A DNA stretch of 64,000 bases from contig OX597829.1 in the NCBI GenBank assembly GCA_951406725.2, forward strand, positions 50,778,001-50,842,000, given 5' to 3'. Below the pieces are notes generated by a model. It did not search any database. It was not told the origin of the DNA and worked only from the letters and a program-made list of their open reading frames with translations. Below, one piece after another: positions 41,513-55,043 of this stretch (its first letter is position 1; each line of letters opens with the position of its first letter). Made by a program: the position numbers and the translations under genes. The stretch comes from Octopus vulgaris. Lineage: Eukaryota.

Positions 41513-41768
41513 ATCACATTGTGTCCTTGAGCAAGACACTTTATTTCACGTTACTCCAGTCCACTCAGCTGGCAAAAGTGAAAAAGTACCTGTAATTGAA
41601 AGGGTCAGCCTTGTCACACTCTGTGTCATGCAGAATCTCTCTGAGAACTACGTTAAGGATATGCATGTCTGTGGAGTGCTCAGCCACTTGCATGTTAATT
41701 TCATGAGCAGGTTGTTCTGTTGATCGGATCAACTGGAACCCTCATCATTGTAACCAAGAGCCAGTTCC

Positions 41769-41799
<31 letters not shown>

Positions 41800-44700
41800 C
41801 ATGTGGGGGAGGCAATTCATTCGTAGGCAAGCTCAGCAAACCAACTTGCTTAGAGCAGAAGGAACAGTAGACAAAGAAATCAGAAAAGTTGAGAATAACA
41901 AACAAAACCATTGAGTATAACCAAAATACAAGAACTTTACTTAAGAGGCCAATAAATTTATGGAATAAATAAAGAATTCTTCAGAGAGGTTTTAGAGAGT
42001 TCTTTCATTTACCTCTGAAATGTGTAAACTTCTTTTGGTGAGCTCTTCTTTAATTCTCCAGACTAATGATTTATTTTTGTTGTGTGGAAGTAGAACACCC
42101 CTATTAGTTGGCTCCTAATGGACTGTGCCACAATATAAATGGACATATGCAGAGAGTGTAGGGGAGTCATTTGAGCCTGTGTAAAGCCGAGAGTTGCATA
42201 TTGTCGAGGGTTATTACTAGTATTTTGAGTAGAACAATTTGCAAGGACATGATTATTATCCCGTTATATTGTACGTCGAACATGCGATACAACAATTTTC
42301 TATCTCTTTTATTTATTTTTTTTCTAACTGGACCCTTGTTACTTCCAAATACACAGTACCATTCCACCTTCTTTATGTTGCCAAGTTCACTATTTTCGCA
42401 GCCAGTTCAAAACCTTCCACCATTCACATTTAACCACTGAAACCAACTTCACACTCGACACCAAATACTGTGTCAAATGTTCCACACAAAACTGCCCGGC
42501 ACCATAACCCACATCGAATGTCTCACATCAACTGCATGGCACTGACTACTACATAAAACCATTCACATCTGCTTCCAGCACATCATGTTTCAATATCACA
42601 CGTCGTGTCCCTGCATGAACTAACTTGCCACATGGGCAATATTAGTCTTTATACTTCCCCCACACCATAAAAGCGCACCAAGATCATACCGTCTACACTT
42701 TAAACAGTCACGTGACCACAAGGAATTATTTTTTTCGTCTTTGTTTACAAAACCAGAGAGCAGTGTTCTAATTCGCATCATACAAACGAGAAATTATCTG
42801 AATATAATTTTTTTCCATTCGTAACTATATATATTGTTTCATGTTACTCCAGTCCACTCAGGTGGGTAAAAATAAAGTGTACCTGTATTTCAAAGGGCCG
42901 GACCATGTCACATTCTGTATCACGCTGAATCTCCCTGAGGACTACATTAAGAGTACGCGTGTCCGTGGAGTGCTCAACCACTTGCATGTTAGTTTCATGA
43001 GCAGGCTGTTCCGTTGATCGCATCAACTAGAATGCTCGTCATCATAACCAAGAGCCAGTTATGTGTATCTGTGTGTGTGTAGCAATTCATTCACGTTGAT
43101 ATATGTGTATGTGTGTGTGTGTGTATGTATGTATGTGTGTGTGTGTTTCATGTTGCTCTAGTCTATTCAGTTGCCAAAAATAAGTTGTACCTGTAATTCA
43201 GGGGGGGGGGGGCTCGTCACATTCTTGTGTCATGCTGAATCTCCCTGAGAACTACGTTAAGGGTACACCACCTGTCTGTGGAGTGCTCAGCCACTTGCAT
43301 TTTAATTTCATGCACAGGCTGATCCATTGATCAGATCAACTGGAACCCTCATCATCATTGTAGCCGACAGAGTGTCTGTCGTACTGCCATCATTCCTGCC
43401 TCTGTTTCTACCATTGCCACAGCTATTACCATTATTAATGCCATCAACGACAAAGTGGCAAGTTGGCAGAACCATTAACACATCAGACAAAATACCCAAC
43501 AGCATTTACTCGGGTTCTTTACGGTCCAAGTTCAAATACTGCCAGGTTGACTTTGTTGCCTTTTATTCCTTTAGGACTAATAAAATGAAGTACCAGCTGT
43601 AGCACTGGGGTTTAGCTCAAGATTGGCATTGGCATTGGTCCAGCAGACTTACGGTCAAAGTTGTTCTGGCCATAACTATTCTCTGGTTTTGTTTATGGTG
43701 TAATTCATCAAATACCCACTTCTGCCCCACCTGTGGGAGGGGCTTTCTTGCCCGGATTGGCCTCACCAGCCACCTCCGGTCTCATAGCAGCAATTCCACC
43801 AAATGATTTCAATGGTCATCTTCGAACCTGAAGGACGAACATCATTATTATTATTATAATTCATCAACGATTTCATTATGTTGGTGGCGGTAGTGGTGGT
43901 GGGGTGATGATGAAAATTACTGGCCCCTATGCTAAAATTGAAACCGTTAGTATCATTGCAGTAATTACCATCATCACTATCATCATCATCATCATCACAC
44001 AGTTGCCTCAACCATTAATCAACATGCTAGCTAAGTACTGCTAACATTACTACCATTGGCTACCACTATCTTCATAACCAAAACCTCCTCTGCCGCCATC
44101 ACCATCACACCATTACTGTTACTTTTGCAGCAATCATCACCCCTGTCTTCACCACTTTCACAAACATCACCTTTACCTTTATCCCCCCACCACCACCACC
44201 ACCATTACTACCACTGTAACTATCAGCAACTTCAAAAGAACTAAGTCTCATGATCATTAATTTCTATTCACCAAAATTACTGATTCTTATAATTTCTAAG
44301 AGTGGCAATATTCTTGTAATCCATGACGCTGATGCTTTTATTTCATGCTCTAGCCTGGAATGCATTTCTGATCTATTAATCTACAGCTTAATATCGATTG
44401 CATGCCTTTCACAAAACATTCTTCAAGGCCTAATTCTATTAAATTCTTTGGCCCAAAACAGAGGAGCCAAATTTTGTAAAGGAGAGATTAAAAGAAGCAG
44501 GGTTGGGGATGTATATTCCTTTTAATAAACATGGGGTTATTAAAGGAAGACTTAATTAAATAATTATTTCTAGTATAAAACACAAGACCACTAATTTTTA
44601 TGGGGGGAAACTGGGAAGGAGAGATGTTTATACCGAATCCAGCTTTTGACTGGTGTTTGCTTTAAAATATTTACCGTCCAGATGTAAGTGTACCTAAGAC

Positions 44701-45424
44701 TACATCACACAATGTATCCTTTCTTGTGGGTATCTAGCTCCAGATTGGCATTGGTCCAGCAGACTTATGGTCAAAGATTCTCTAGTTTTGTTTAAGGTGT
44801 AATGCATCGATTTCATTATCTTGGTGATGGTGGTGTGGTGGTTTTGGCAGTGATGGGGTGTTGATGTTGGTGGTTGTGATGATGATGATGATGATATGGC
44901 AGAAACGTTAGCACGCCGGGCGAAATGCGTAGCCGTATTTCGTCTGCCGTTACGTTCTGAGTTCAAATTCCATGGAGGTCAACTTTGCCTTTCATCCTTC
45001 TGGGGTCGATTAAATAAGTACCAGTTACGCACTGGGGTCGATATAATTGACTTAATCCGTTTGTCTGTCCTTGTTTGTCCCCTCTGTGTTTAGCCTCTTG
45101 TGGGTAGTAAAGAAATAGATATGCCATCTATTCTCTACTCCAAACTTCATGTTCCGCAATACTTGCATAGAAAGCATCTTTTAGTGATGGCCACTACTGT
45201 CCTTACACTCACCAGAACCACCACCACCACCATCATCGTCACCGGCACTACAATCACCATCATCAACATCACTACCACAAACATGATAGCATCATCACCA
45301 TCATCACTGTTGTCATTGTCTTCATCATTATTCTTGCAATCCCTACCACCACAACCATTCATCACCATTACCTCCCTCCCTCCCCCCACATACACACTAT
45401 CACCAAAATCATAACCCTCCTACT

Positions 45425-46124
45425 CACCACCACCACCACGACCATCATCATCATCATCATCATCATCACCACCACCACCACCACCACCACCATCATCATC
45501 ACCACCACCACCACCACCACCACTGCCACCACCACTGCCACCGCCACCACCACCACCACCACTGCCACCACCACTGCCACCACCAACACCATCGCCACCA
45601 CTACCACCACCACCACCACCACCATCGCCACCACTACCACCACCACCACCACCACCACCACCACCACCATCACCACCACCACCACCACCACCACCACCAT
45701 CACCACCACCACCACCACTACCACTGATGTTGTACTGCTGAAGTTGTCATTGTCAGATGAGACAGCAGATGATATTGTCATCGTCATCATCATCATCATC
45801 ATCATTATGGCCATAAACCTTATCGTCATCATCATCATCATCATCATCGTTCTTGTTGTTGTTATTGACATCATCATTGTTACCATCGCCACAACCACCA
45901 CCACCACCACCACCACCACCACCACCACCACCACCACCACCACCAGCCATGCTCCACCTCTAACAAAAAAAAAAATGATGGTACCACGTGTGCTTCAAGT
46001 TTTGAATGTGAAGACAACCCCACTTTCAGTATCTCAGCTGTTATTGGAATTACTGATCCCCTTATGAGATGTTTGCTGTTAATCCAAAACAAAGGCAACC
46101 CGTCTGATTTAGCAAAGGATCTTC

Positions 46125-46163
<39 letters not shown>

Positions 46164-46184
46164 ACACTTTATCTTGTACTACTG

Positions 46185-46233
<49 letters not shown>

Positions 46234-46330
46234 AACAACAACAACTACTACTACTACTACCACCACTACTATCACTACTACTACTACTAGTTTCACTACT
46301 ACTACTATCACTACTATTACTACTACTACA

Positions 46331-46374
<44 letters not shown>

Positions 46375-46387
46375 AACACTACAACAA

Positions 46388-46428
<41 letters not shown>

Positions 46429-46469
46429 GTTTCACTACTACTACTATCACTACTATTACTACTACTACA

Positions 46470-46539
<70 letters not shown>

Positions 46540-46540
46540 T

Positions 46541-46580
<40 letters not shown>

Positions 46581-46600
46581 GCTGCTACTGCTACTGCAAC
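45425..46600. repeat. (CCA/CAT)n and (CTA)n tracts
   Basis: Seen directly. The CTA tract contains a ~140-bp higher-order duplication. Confidence 0.95.
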
Positions 46601-46850
46601 TGCAGCATTTTGCTTCTCAGAACAAAGCTTGTTGCAAACCACCTCCCACTCAGAACACCATACTGCTTTCTGTTTTTGCTACACATTGGGCCCAAGACAG
46701 ATGGAGATTTCAACAATAATGATGAAGGTTGTTGATGATAATAACAATGGCAATTGATGGTGATGACGATGATGATGACAGAGATGAATGAGTATCATCA
46801 TCATCATTAACATCATCATTGTCCACATTATCATTATCATGTTTTAACTA

Positions 46851-48193
46851 CAAACTTGTTACCAGTACAAAAATGTTCACTGTGTATTCTGTGTATTCAG
46901 ACCTGTAAAAAATCCATTCACTGTTTTTGATCTTGGAGAAAATTCCTCACTGTAGACTGATAGGTGCCAGGGAAAACTTTTTTCTCCAGTGCAAAATATT
47001 GTGAATGGCTTTTTTACAGGTTCAAAAATGCTTCAAGCCATATCTGAACTGGTAACAAGGGATCTTTTCGGTTTGAATGGCAGTTTTTAACATAATTTCT
47101 AGGTAACTAAAAATTTTAAACATCATTTTCTCTTGGCTTTCTTGAGAAAATTCTGTAGTTTGTAACATATTTCGTCTTTAATTTCTTGCATTTCGGAAAT
47201 TTTAACCAATCAATGACCGTCTATTGAGGTGAAAGCATTCTGTGCCGTATGAATATGTCCCTCGTTTAAGAAACAGATTGGGTTTATTTTCATTTGTGAA
47301 GAAAAAAGATACCCTTCCCCCACCCTAACCCTAAAACAGATTGAAATGCAATAGATTGATACTAGGGTCATAATTATGGGTGAAAAAACTGCCATTTTCT
47401 CTAGCGGTGTCATATGAAACTGTCACCCATAATTATGACCCCAATATCGATCTATTGCATTTCAATCTGTTTTAGGGTTAGGGGTGGGGAAGGGTATCTT
47501 TTTTTCTTCACAAATGTAAATAAACCCAATCTGTTTCTTAAACGAGGGACATATTCATACGGCACAGAATGCTTTCACCTCAATAGACGGTCATTGATTG
47601 GTTAAAATTGCCAAAATGCAAGAAATTAAAGACAAAATATGTTACAAACTACTGAATTTTCTCAAGAAAGCCAAGAGAAAAAGATGTTTTATAAACACAT
47701 TCTACCAGTATACTCTTTACTCTTTTACTCTTTTACTTGTTTCAGTCATTTGACTGCGGCCATGCTGGAGCACCGCCTTTAGTCGAGCAAATCGACCCCG
47801 GGACTTATTCTTTGTAAGCCCAGTACTTATTCTATCGGTCTCTTTTGCCGAACCGCTAAGTGACGGGGACACACCAGCAAGCAATGCTAGGGGGACAAAC
47901 ACAAACACACAAACATATACACACACACACACATACACATATATACATATATACGACAGGCTTCTTTCAGTTTCCGTCTACCAAATCCACTCACAAGGCA
48001 TTGGTCGGCCCGGGGCTATAGCAGAAGACACTTGCCCAAGATGCCACGCAGTGGGACTGAACCCGGAACCATGTGGTTGTTTAGCAAGCTACTTACCACA
48101 CAGCCACTCCTGCACCTAGTTTAAAATTTTTTAGTTACCTAGAAATTATGTTAAAAACTGCCGTTCAAACCGAAAAGATCCGTAACAAGTCTG
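46851..48193. mobile_element. Small palindromic TA-flanked MITE whose right TIR is split by the foldback element
   Basis: ta caaacttgttaccagt ... actggtaacaag|tctg ta, with internal inverted acctgtaaaaaatccattcac / gtgaatggctttttacaggt. Confidence 0.6.
47060..48181. mobile_element. Foldback MITE with long TIRs and 8-bp TSD (Merlin/MULE-like), carrying a SINE insertion
   Basis: ggatcttttcggtttga ... tcaaaccgaaaagatcc with TSD gtaacaag (47052-47059, 48182-48189). Arms are palindromic around ~47410. Duplicated at 49171-50289. Confidence 0.8.
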
Positions 48194-51085
48194 TACTTAA
48201 TGCACATCACTGCTTAATGTTGTCACCCCTTATCATAGTTTTAAAGTCCACTTTTCTATGTCGGCATGGGTTAGAAGGAATTTATTAAGGCAAATTTTCT
48301 GTAACCAGATGCTCTTCATGTTATGAACTCTCACCTCGTTGTAATGATCGTAATAATTTCCCAATGACAATAATTTGCCATTAATGTGTGATTAAGTGCA
48401 TTCGCTTTGGTAATTAAACGCTTCGAGTTTGACTGGAATCTATAAAGGTGATATAGACTTTGAATGTTGAACCACTGTGTATCCATCTTAGGAGAGCAGT
48501 AATAACAACAACAATGACAATAACCGCTGCACTTAATAGGAATCGGAGGAGGAGCACAATGAAAAGGGTTTGATGAAGTCAACTCCTAACTCTCCAAATA
48601 TTTAATGTTCTGTAGGAGATCTGATCCAAAAGTATCGGAACTGGTACTATAAAAAGAAAACTACCGTGCACATCAATTCGGCATTTAAATCTCCTTTGAA
48701 GTTGTCCCATTTTGAAGCCACACACTTTATCCAGCATCATTTCTATATTATTCCCTACCACTACCATCGTAACACCCCCACCACCACCAACCAGCACCAC
48801 CATCACCACCACAACCATCGCTGCCACCATCACCACCACTACCATCACTCCAAACCCATTTTCCAATATGTAAATAAATGAACAAATGACAGAGATGAAT
48901 GAGTATCATCATCATCATTAACATCATCATTGTCCACATTATCATTATCATGTTTTAACTACAAACTTGTTACCAGTACAAAAATGTTCACTGTGTATTC
49001 TGTGTATTCAGACCTGTAAAAAATCCATTCACTGTTTTTGATCTTGGAGAAAATTCCTCACTGTAGACTGATAGGTGCCAGGGAAAACTTTTTTCTCCAG
49101 TGCAAAATATTGTGAATGGCTTTTTTACAGGTTCAAAAATGCTTCAAGCCATATCTGAACTGGTAACAAGGGATCTTTTCGGTTTGAATGGCAGTTTTTA
49201 ACATAATTTCTAGGTAACTAAAAATTTTAAACATCATTTTCTCTTGGCTTTCTTGAGAAAATTCTGTAGTTTGTAACATATTTCGTCTTTAATTTCTTGC
49301 ATTTCGGAAATTTTAACCAATCAATGACCGTCTATTGAGGTGAAAGCATTCTGTGCCGTATGAATATGTCCCTCGTTTAAGAAACAGATTGGGTTTATTT
49401 TCATTTGTGAAGAAAAAAGATACCCTTCCCCCACTAACCCTAAAACAGATTGAAATGCAATAGATTGATACTAGGGTCATAATTATGGGTGAAAAAACTG
49501 CCATTTTCTCTAGCGGTGTCATATGAAACTGTCACCCATAATTATGACCCCAATATCGATCTATTGCATTTCAATCTGTTTTAGGGTTAGGGTGGGGGAA
49601 GGGTATCTTTTTTCTTCACAAATGTAAATAAACCCAATCTGTTTCTTAAACGAGGGACATATTCATACGGCACAGAATGCTTTCACCTCAATAGACGGTC
49701 ATTGATTGGTTAAAATTGCCAAAATGCAAGAAATTAAAGACAAAATATGTTACAAACTACTGAATTTTCTCAAGAAAGCCAAGAGAAAAAGATGTTTTAT
49801 AAACACATTCTACCAGTATACTCTTTACTCTTTTACTCTTTTACTTGTTTCAGTCATTTGACTGCGGCCATGCTGGAGCACCGCCTTTAGTCGAGCAAAT
49901 CGACCCCGGGACTTATTCTTTGTAAGCCCAGTACTTATTCTATCGGTCTCTTTTGCCGAACCGCTAAGTGACGGGGACACACCAGCAAGCAATGCTAGGG
50001 GGACAAACACAAACACACAAACATATACACACACACACACATACACATATATACATATATACGACAGGCTTCTTTCAGTTTCCGTCTACCAAATCCACTC
50101 ACAAGGCATTGGTCGGCCCGGGGCTATAGCAGAAGACACTTGCCCAAGATGCCATGCAGTGGGACTGAACCCGGAACCATGTGGTTGTTTAGCAAGCTAC
50201 TTACCACACAGCCACTCCTGCGCCTAGTTTAAAATTTTTTAGTTACCTAGAAATTATGTTAAAAACTGCCGTTCAAACCGAAAAGATCCGTAACAAGTCT
50301 GTACTTAATGCACATCACTGCTTAATGTTGTCACCCCTTATCATAGTTTTAAAGTCCACTTTTCTATGTCGGCATGGGTTAGAAGGAATTTATTAAGGCA
50401 AATTTTCTGTAACCAGATGCTCTTCATGTTATGAACTCTCACCTCGTTGTAATGATCGTAATAATTTCCCAATGACAATAATTTGCCATTAATGTGTGAT
50501 TAAGTGCATTCGCTTTGGTAATTAAACGCTTCGAGTTTGACTGGAATCTATAAAGGTGATATAGACTTTGAATGTTGAACCACTGTGTATCCATCTTAGG
50601 AGAGCAGTAATAACAACAACAATGACAATAACCGCTGCACTTAATAGGAATCGGAGGAGGAGCACAATGAAAAGGGTTTGATGAAGTCAACTCCTAACTC
50701 TCCAAATATTTAATGTTCTGTAGGAGATCTGATCCAAAAGTATCGGAACTGGTACTATAAAAAGAAAACTACCGTGCACATCAATTCGGCATTTAAATCT
50801 CCTTTGAAGTTGTCCCATTTTGAAGCCACACACTTTATCCAGCATCATTTCTATATTATTCCCTACCACTACCATCGTAACACCCCCACCACCACCAACC
50901 AGCACCACCATCACCACTGCCATCATTGCCACCATCACCACCAACCAGCACCACCATCACCACCACAACCATTGCTGCCACCATCACCACCACTACCATC
51001 ACTCCAAACCCATTTTCCAATATGTAAATAAATGAACAAATGGTCAAACCAATTCTTTCTTTTTTCTCTTTGTTTCATTTTGTAG

Positions 51086-51218
51086 AATTATTCCTGTGGA
51101 AGTGACAAATTTGGTCAATGACTTTTTCGGAATTACATCAGCGATGCAGACTTACAAAGGGAATGAAAAGCAATGTGCTTCCAAGGATGGACAAGAAAAG
51201 AAAAAGACCAAATGTTAA
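51086..51218 (+). CDS. Terminal coding exon of the same SDR16C-family dehydrogenase
   Basis: Strong acceptor ttctttcttttttctctttgtttcattttgtAG. Phase matches the previous exon (ac+a = Thr). Reads IIPVEVTNLVNDFFGITSAMQTYKGNEKQCASKDGQEKKKTKC*, resembling the SDR16C tail LP...DFFG...AM..FKG. Confidence 0.85.
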
Positions 51219-52144
51219 AATTTAGTTCAATATCTCCAATTCCTGCCCGAATTTTACCACATAATATCTATATATATATATATGTATACCTCCATTAAAT
51301 ATTTACCACAGATTAAAAAAAAAAAAGTCTTCTGGATATACACACTTTCATACACATAAATTTATATATATATATATGATTTTGATTTTGATTTTTCCAG
51401 TTTCAGCTAATGAGCTGTGGCCATGCTGGGGCACCGCATATATATATATATATATATATATACACATGCATGTACACATAAGCACATATATATACTAACA
51501 TACACACACACACATATATATATACATTGTCTGTAAATCATAAATACAAAGGTATGACAGCTATGGCTGGATTATAGCCAGGTAACTCTATAAACTGGCC
51601 ATAACTGTCTTTATCTAAATACATATATAGTGATTGCTCGATTCCACAGATGATTATTATCCCCTTACTGACTTTCCATCCATGACTTCTCAGATGACAA
51701 ATGAGGTCACCATAAAGAGACATCTGTGCGTCATTGGATTGTAGTGATAAGCACTTATGCGACACGAGTACCACTGTCTGAGTCTCTGTGACTAGTCCTT
51801 AGAGACAGGCCAAAGCGAGATGATTTTGTGGCCATGTGAAACTGCAGGTTTTTACATCAGAGTGTCTCTCTCTCCCAAAAAGAAAACAGTCAGGAGTCCC
51901 TCACTCCAGGTGGTTTGACTACGCATACTGATGGATCATTACATCTGCTCAGATGGATCGTCATCACATCTGCTGGTTAACCCATAGCTGGGATCCTGAC
52001 AGAGGCTACTAGTCCACGCCAGAATAGACCTGGAAATGATAGTGGTAAAGAGGTGGTATCACACTCCTCAAAATCCTGGAATTCTCAAACCAAGGCTCCA
52101 CTACTGATGCAGCTTAAAGTCATATCCAAGACATACATATACAT

Positions 52145-52419
52145 AGGTTCAGATGAATATGGTGCTTGAGTTGAGGCACCAGAATTTAGTACGGCATTAT
52201 CCATACAATTTCAAAATAAGGTGATTAAGATGAAAATAAACAACAAGGATATCCAGAGGTAATGCAGTACAATTGTTTCATGAATTCTATGTCTTTGTGC
52301 AGCTGAAGATTGCTCTACATTTTAAAATTTATATAATATTTGCATTGTTCAATTAAATGGAGTTGCATGAAACTATTGTACTGGATTACATCTGGATATC
52401 CTTGTTGCTTATTTTGATC
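52145..52419 (+). mobile_element. Second copy of the short PLE-type HHR element
   Basis: tgcag CTGAAGA...GAAAC tatt GT A ctgga at 52298-52385. 52231-52282 is inverted relative to 52366-52417. Confidence 0.65.
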
Positions 52420-52447
52420 ATATATATATATATACATACTATCTATC

Positions 52448-52612
52448 TATCCGCTCAGTCAAAGTCAATTCTCGGTTACTCGCTGGATCAATGTCCTCCA
52501 GTCAGTTCTATCCTGGGCCACTTCTTTCAGATTGGCTATGTCCATTTCAGTATCACTCTTGATGGTGTCAAGCCAGCGAGTTCTTGGTCAGCCTCTTCCT
52601 CTCTTGCCACTG
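52448..52612 (-). mobile_element. BovB-like RTE C-terminal fragment
   Basis: Minus strand reads GKRGRG*PRTRWLDTIKSDTEMDIANLKEVAQDRTDWRTLIQRVTEN. Confidence 0.7.
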
Positions 52613-52619
52613 ACCATTA

Positions 52620-52698
<79 letters not shown>

Positions 52699-53048
52699 GC
52701 ACACATATATATACAAAAAAGGTTAATTTACACTAAACGTGTTGAATATGCACATGAAAGTTCCTATTCTCTCATGCCATTTACAGCCTAACGATGCCAG
52801 CTGGTGGTACCAGTTTTTTGGGGAGCTGTGCCAATATAATCTAAGATAAATATAGTAATAATAATAATCGTTGCATGGAATTTATAAATACTTTAATGTA
52901 TCACTATGTGCGTTTCCACAATTCCCATGTTTCTTATTATCATAGTCCGCATTCCTGGGATGATTACAACACAGTCTGCAGTAGCCATGGACATCAGGTG
53001 GTTCATGGTCATGCATTTATTTCTTCGGGATATTAAAATATTTATAAA

Positions 53049-53448
53049 CTAGCAGTATCGCCCGGCGTTGCTCGGGTTTGTAAGGGAAATAACTATATAC
53101 GCATTTTTAGAGATGTAAAGTATAATAGCCATCTCAATATGGCTAACCACAAAGGGGGGTGTTACTGTAGCTTTTAACCGTTCTGAGATTTAATAATACA
53201 TTTTTAGAGAGTTACTTCCCTTATATAATAGCAAAAAAATGCATTAAAAATGGGAAAAAATTATGGTAAATTTTTTTTTAAATCGTAGACTCATCGTAGA
53301 CACGCGCTAAAACCCAGAAGGGCTCAATATGAATCACGATTATAAGATACCCGCTTTTGGTTACACTGCACCACAAAATGTGGGAGTAGTTAGGAATCTA
53401 AATCGTAGGAGACAGACAGACACACAACCACACTTTTATATATAAAGA
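53049..53448 (-). mobile_element. Non-autonomous Helitron, variant subfamily
   Basis: Reverse complement of the same ends, with a different internal block. Confidence 0.85.
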
Positions 53449-54082
53449 TTTCATTCAAAGATTATTGTTATAATCATCATTATATGAATCTGTGTCTATG
53501 TGCATGCATATGGGTGTGTGTTTGTATATGTATACACTCACATATATATATATTCTTTTACTTGGAGTCATTTGACTGTGGCCATGCTGAAGTACTGCCT
53601 CGATATTAATAATCAGTAGAGATTTCAGAATCACTCAAAGACCGAGAGTTTCATGTCCTGGTACTTATCGTTACACACAAAGATCTTGGGCCTTGAGTTA
53701 CTCTGTAAGTTCTGCCAGTTATTAATAATAAAAATATATATTCTCTTTTGTTGTGTCTGGAGAGAGTCCTTCTCTTTTAGTGCCTTATAATTTAACACAC
53801 TCACCGGAAATTATATGGCATAGCAATTATATGGCACTAAAAGAGAATGACTCTCCCCATACACAACAAAATATGTTTCAACACACGAACTCACATAAAG
53901 AATCTTGCAAACCAATACCCAAAACGAAATATATATTCTCTTGTTTTCAGTTCTACTTTCCTGTTTACATAATAATAATAATAATAATTGATTTGAATAC
54001 TTGTTTACTGCCATGCAATAAATTGTGTAGCTTATTCCTAATTAAGCATAGTAAAAAGAGTCATTATATATATAATGATAAC

Positions 54083-54146
<64 letters not shown>

Positions 54147-54489
54147 TGCCCTGATGCAGTACCAGGCAGTGGCTCTCATGGCTTCTAATCTTAACTGATT
54201 GGAAGTAATAATAATAATAATAATAATAATAATTGTAATTGGTATAAAAGATGGGTAAGCAAATATTCTGCTAATACCACAGATTTGCTTGTCAGTTGTT
54301 TAATTAACCAGTTGAGCATGTCCCTTAGTGGCTGACGATATGTAATCTCTGATCATAGCATAATAGTGGGGGAGCATCATAGCCATGTGTTGAGAATAAT
54401 TCTTTGGGGTTTGAATAATTCACCTCTGGAAACACGGGTGGTTCTTTCAACATCCTTAAATAATAGTAATTCAGGGACCTTTGAGCGGG

Positions 54490-54524
<35 letters not shown>

Positions 54525-54688
54525 TGGGCCCCACCTGCAATAATAATAATAATTATCTTAATAATAATACCATAGCGCACATATGGTTGTGATGCATGTG
54601 CCTAATGTAATAATAATCATAATAGTAATGATGGGTATATTGGGCTAATCGTATATTAATAATAAGTAGTCACTAATATGGCATGAAC

Positions 54689-54758
<70 letters not shown>

Positions 54759-54799
54759 AATGATATAAATAATACATGTACATACACACACACACATAA

Positions 54800-55012
54800 G
54801 TAGGGGCTGAACAGTTCCTAGGTTTCGGTAAAAGAAAAAGAAAATTATGATTTTATCCAACATAGTCCCCTCTCAGATTCACACACTTATTGGCAGTAAT
54901 CCTTCAATTTTTCTGAGCCCTGTTAAAGAATTCGGAAGGTTGAGCATCCAACCTGACTCCAACCATGATGCCCTTAAAGCCAGAAACATTTCAGCACCCA
55001 CATGTATATTAT

Positions 55013-55043
<31 letters not shown>

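Larger units (their letters stand above)
46775..51042. repeat. Near-identical 2.1-kb tandem duplication
   Basis: 46775-48885 is repeated at 48886-51042 with a handful of differences and ATG microhomology at the junction. Confidence 0.95.

Noticed and set aside
42160-42830. CpG-containing unique-looking segment
   Set aside because: No TIR/TSD pair or protein motif identified. It is probably an unclassified transposon fragment.
47320-47485. Telomere-like ccctaaccctaa / ttagggttaggg
   Set aside because: Only two units, located inside the arms of the foldback MITE.
54075-54765. CRISPR-like alternation of repeat and unique spacers
   Set aside because: The repeats are variable-length (TAA)n, the spacers are irregular, the context is eukaryotic and there are no cas genes.
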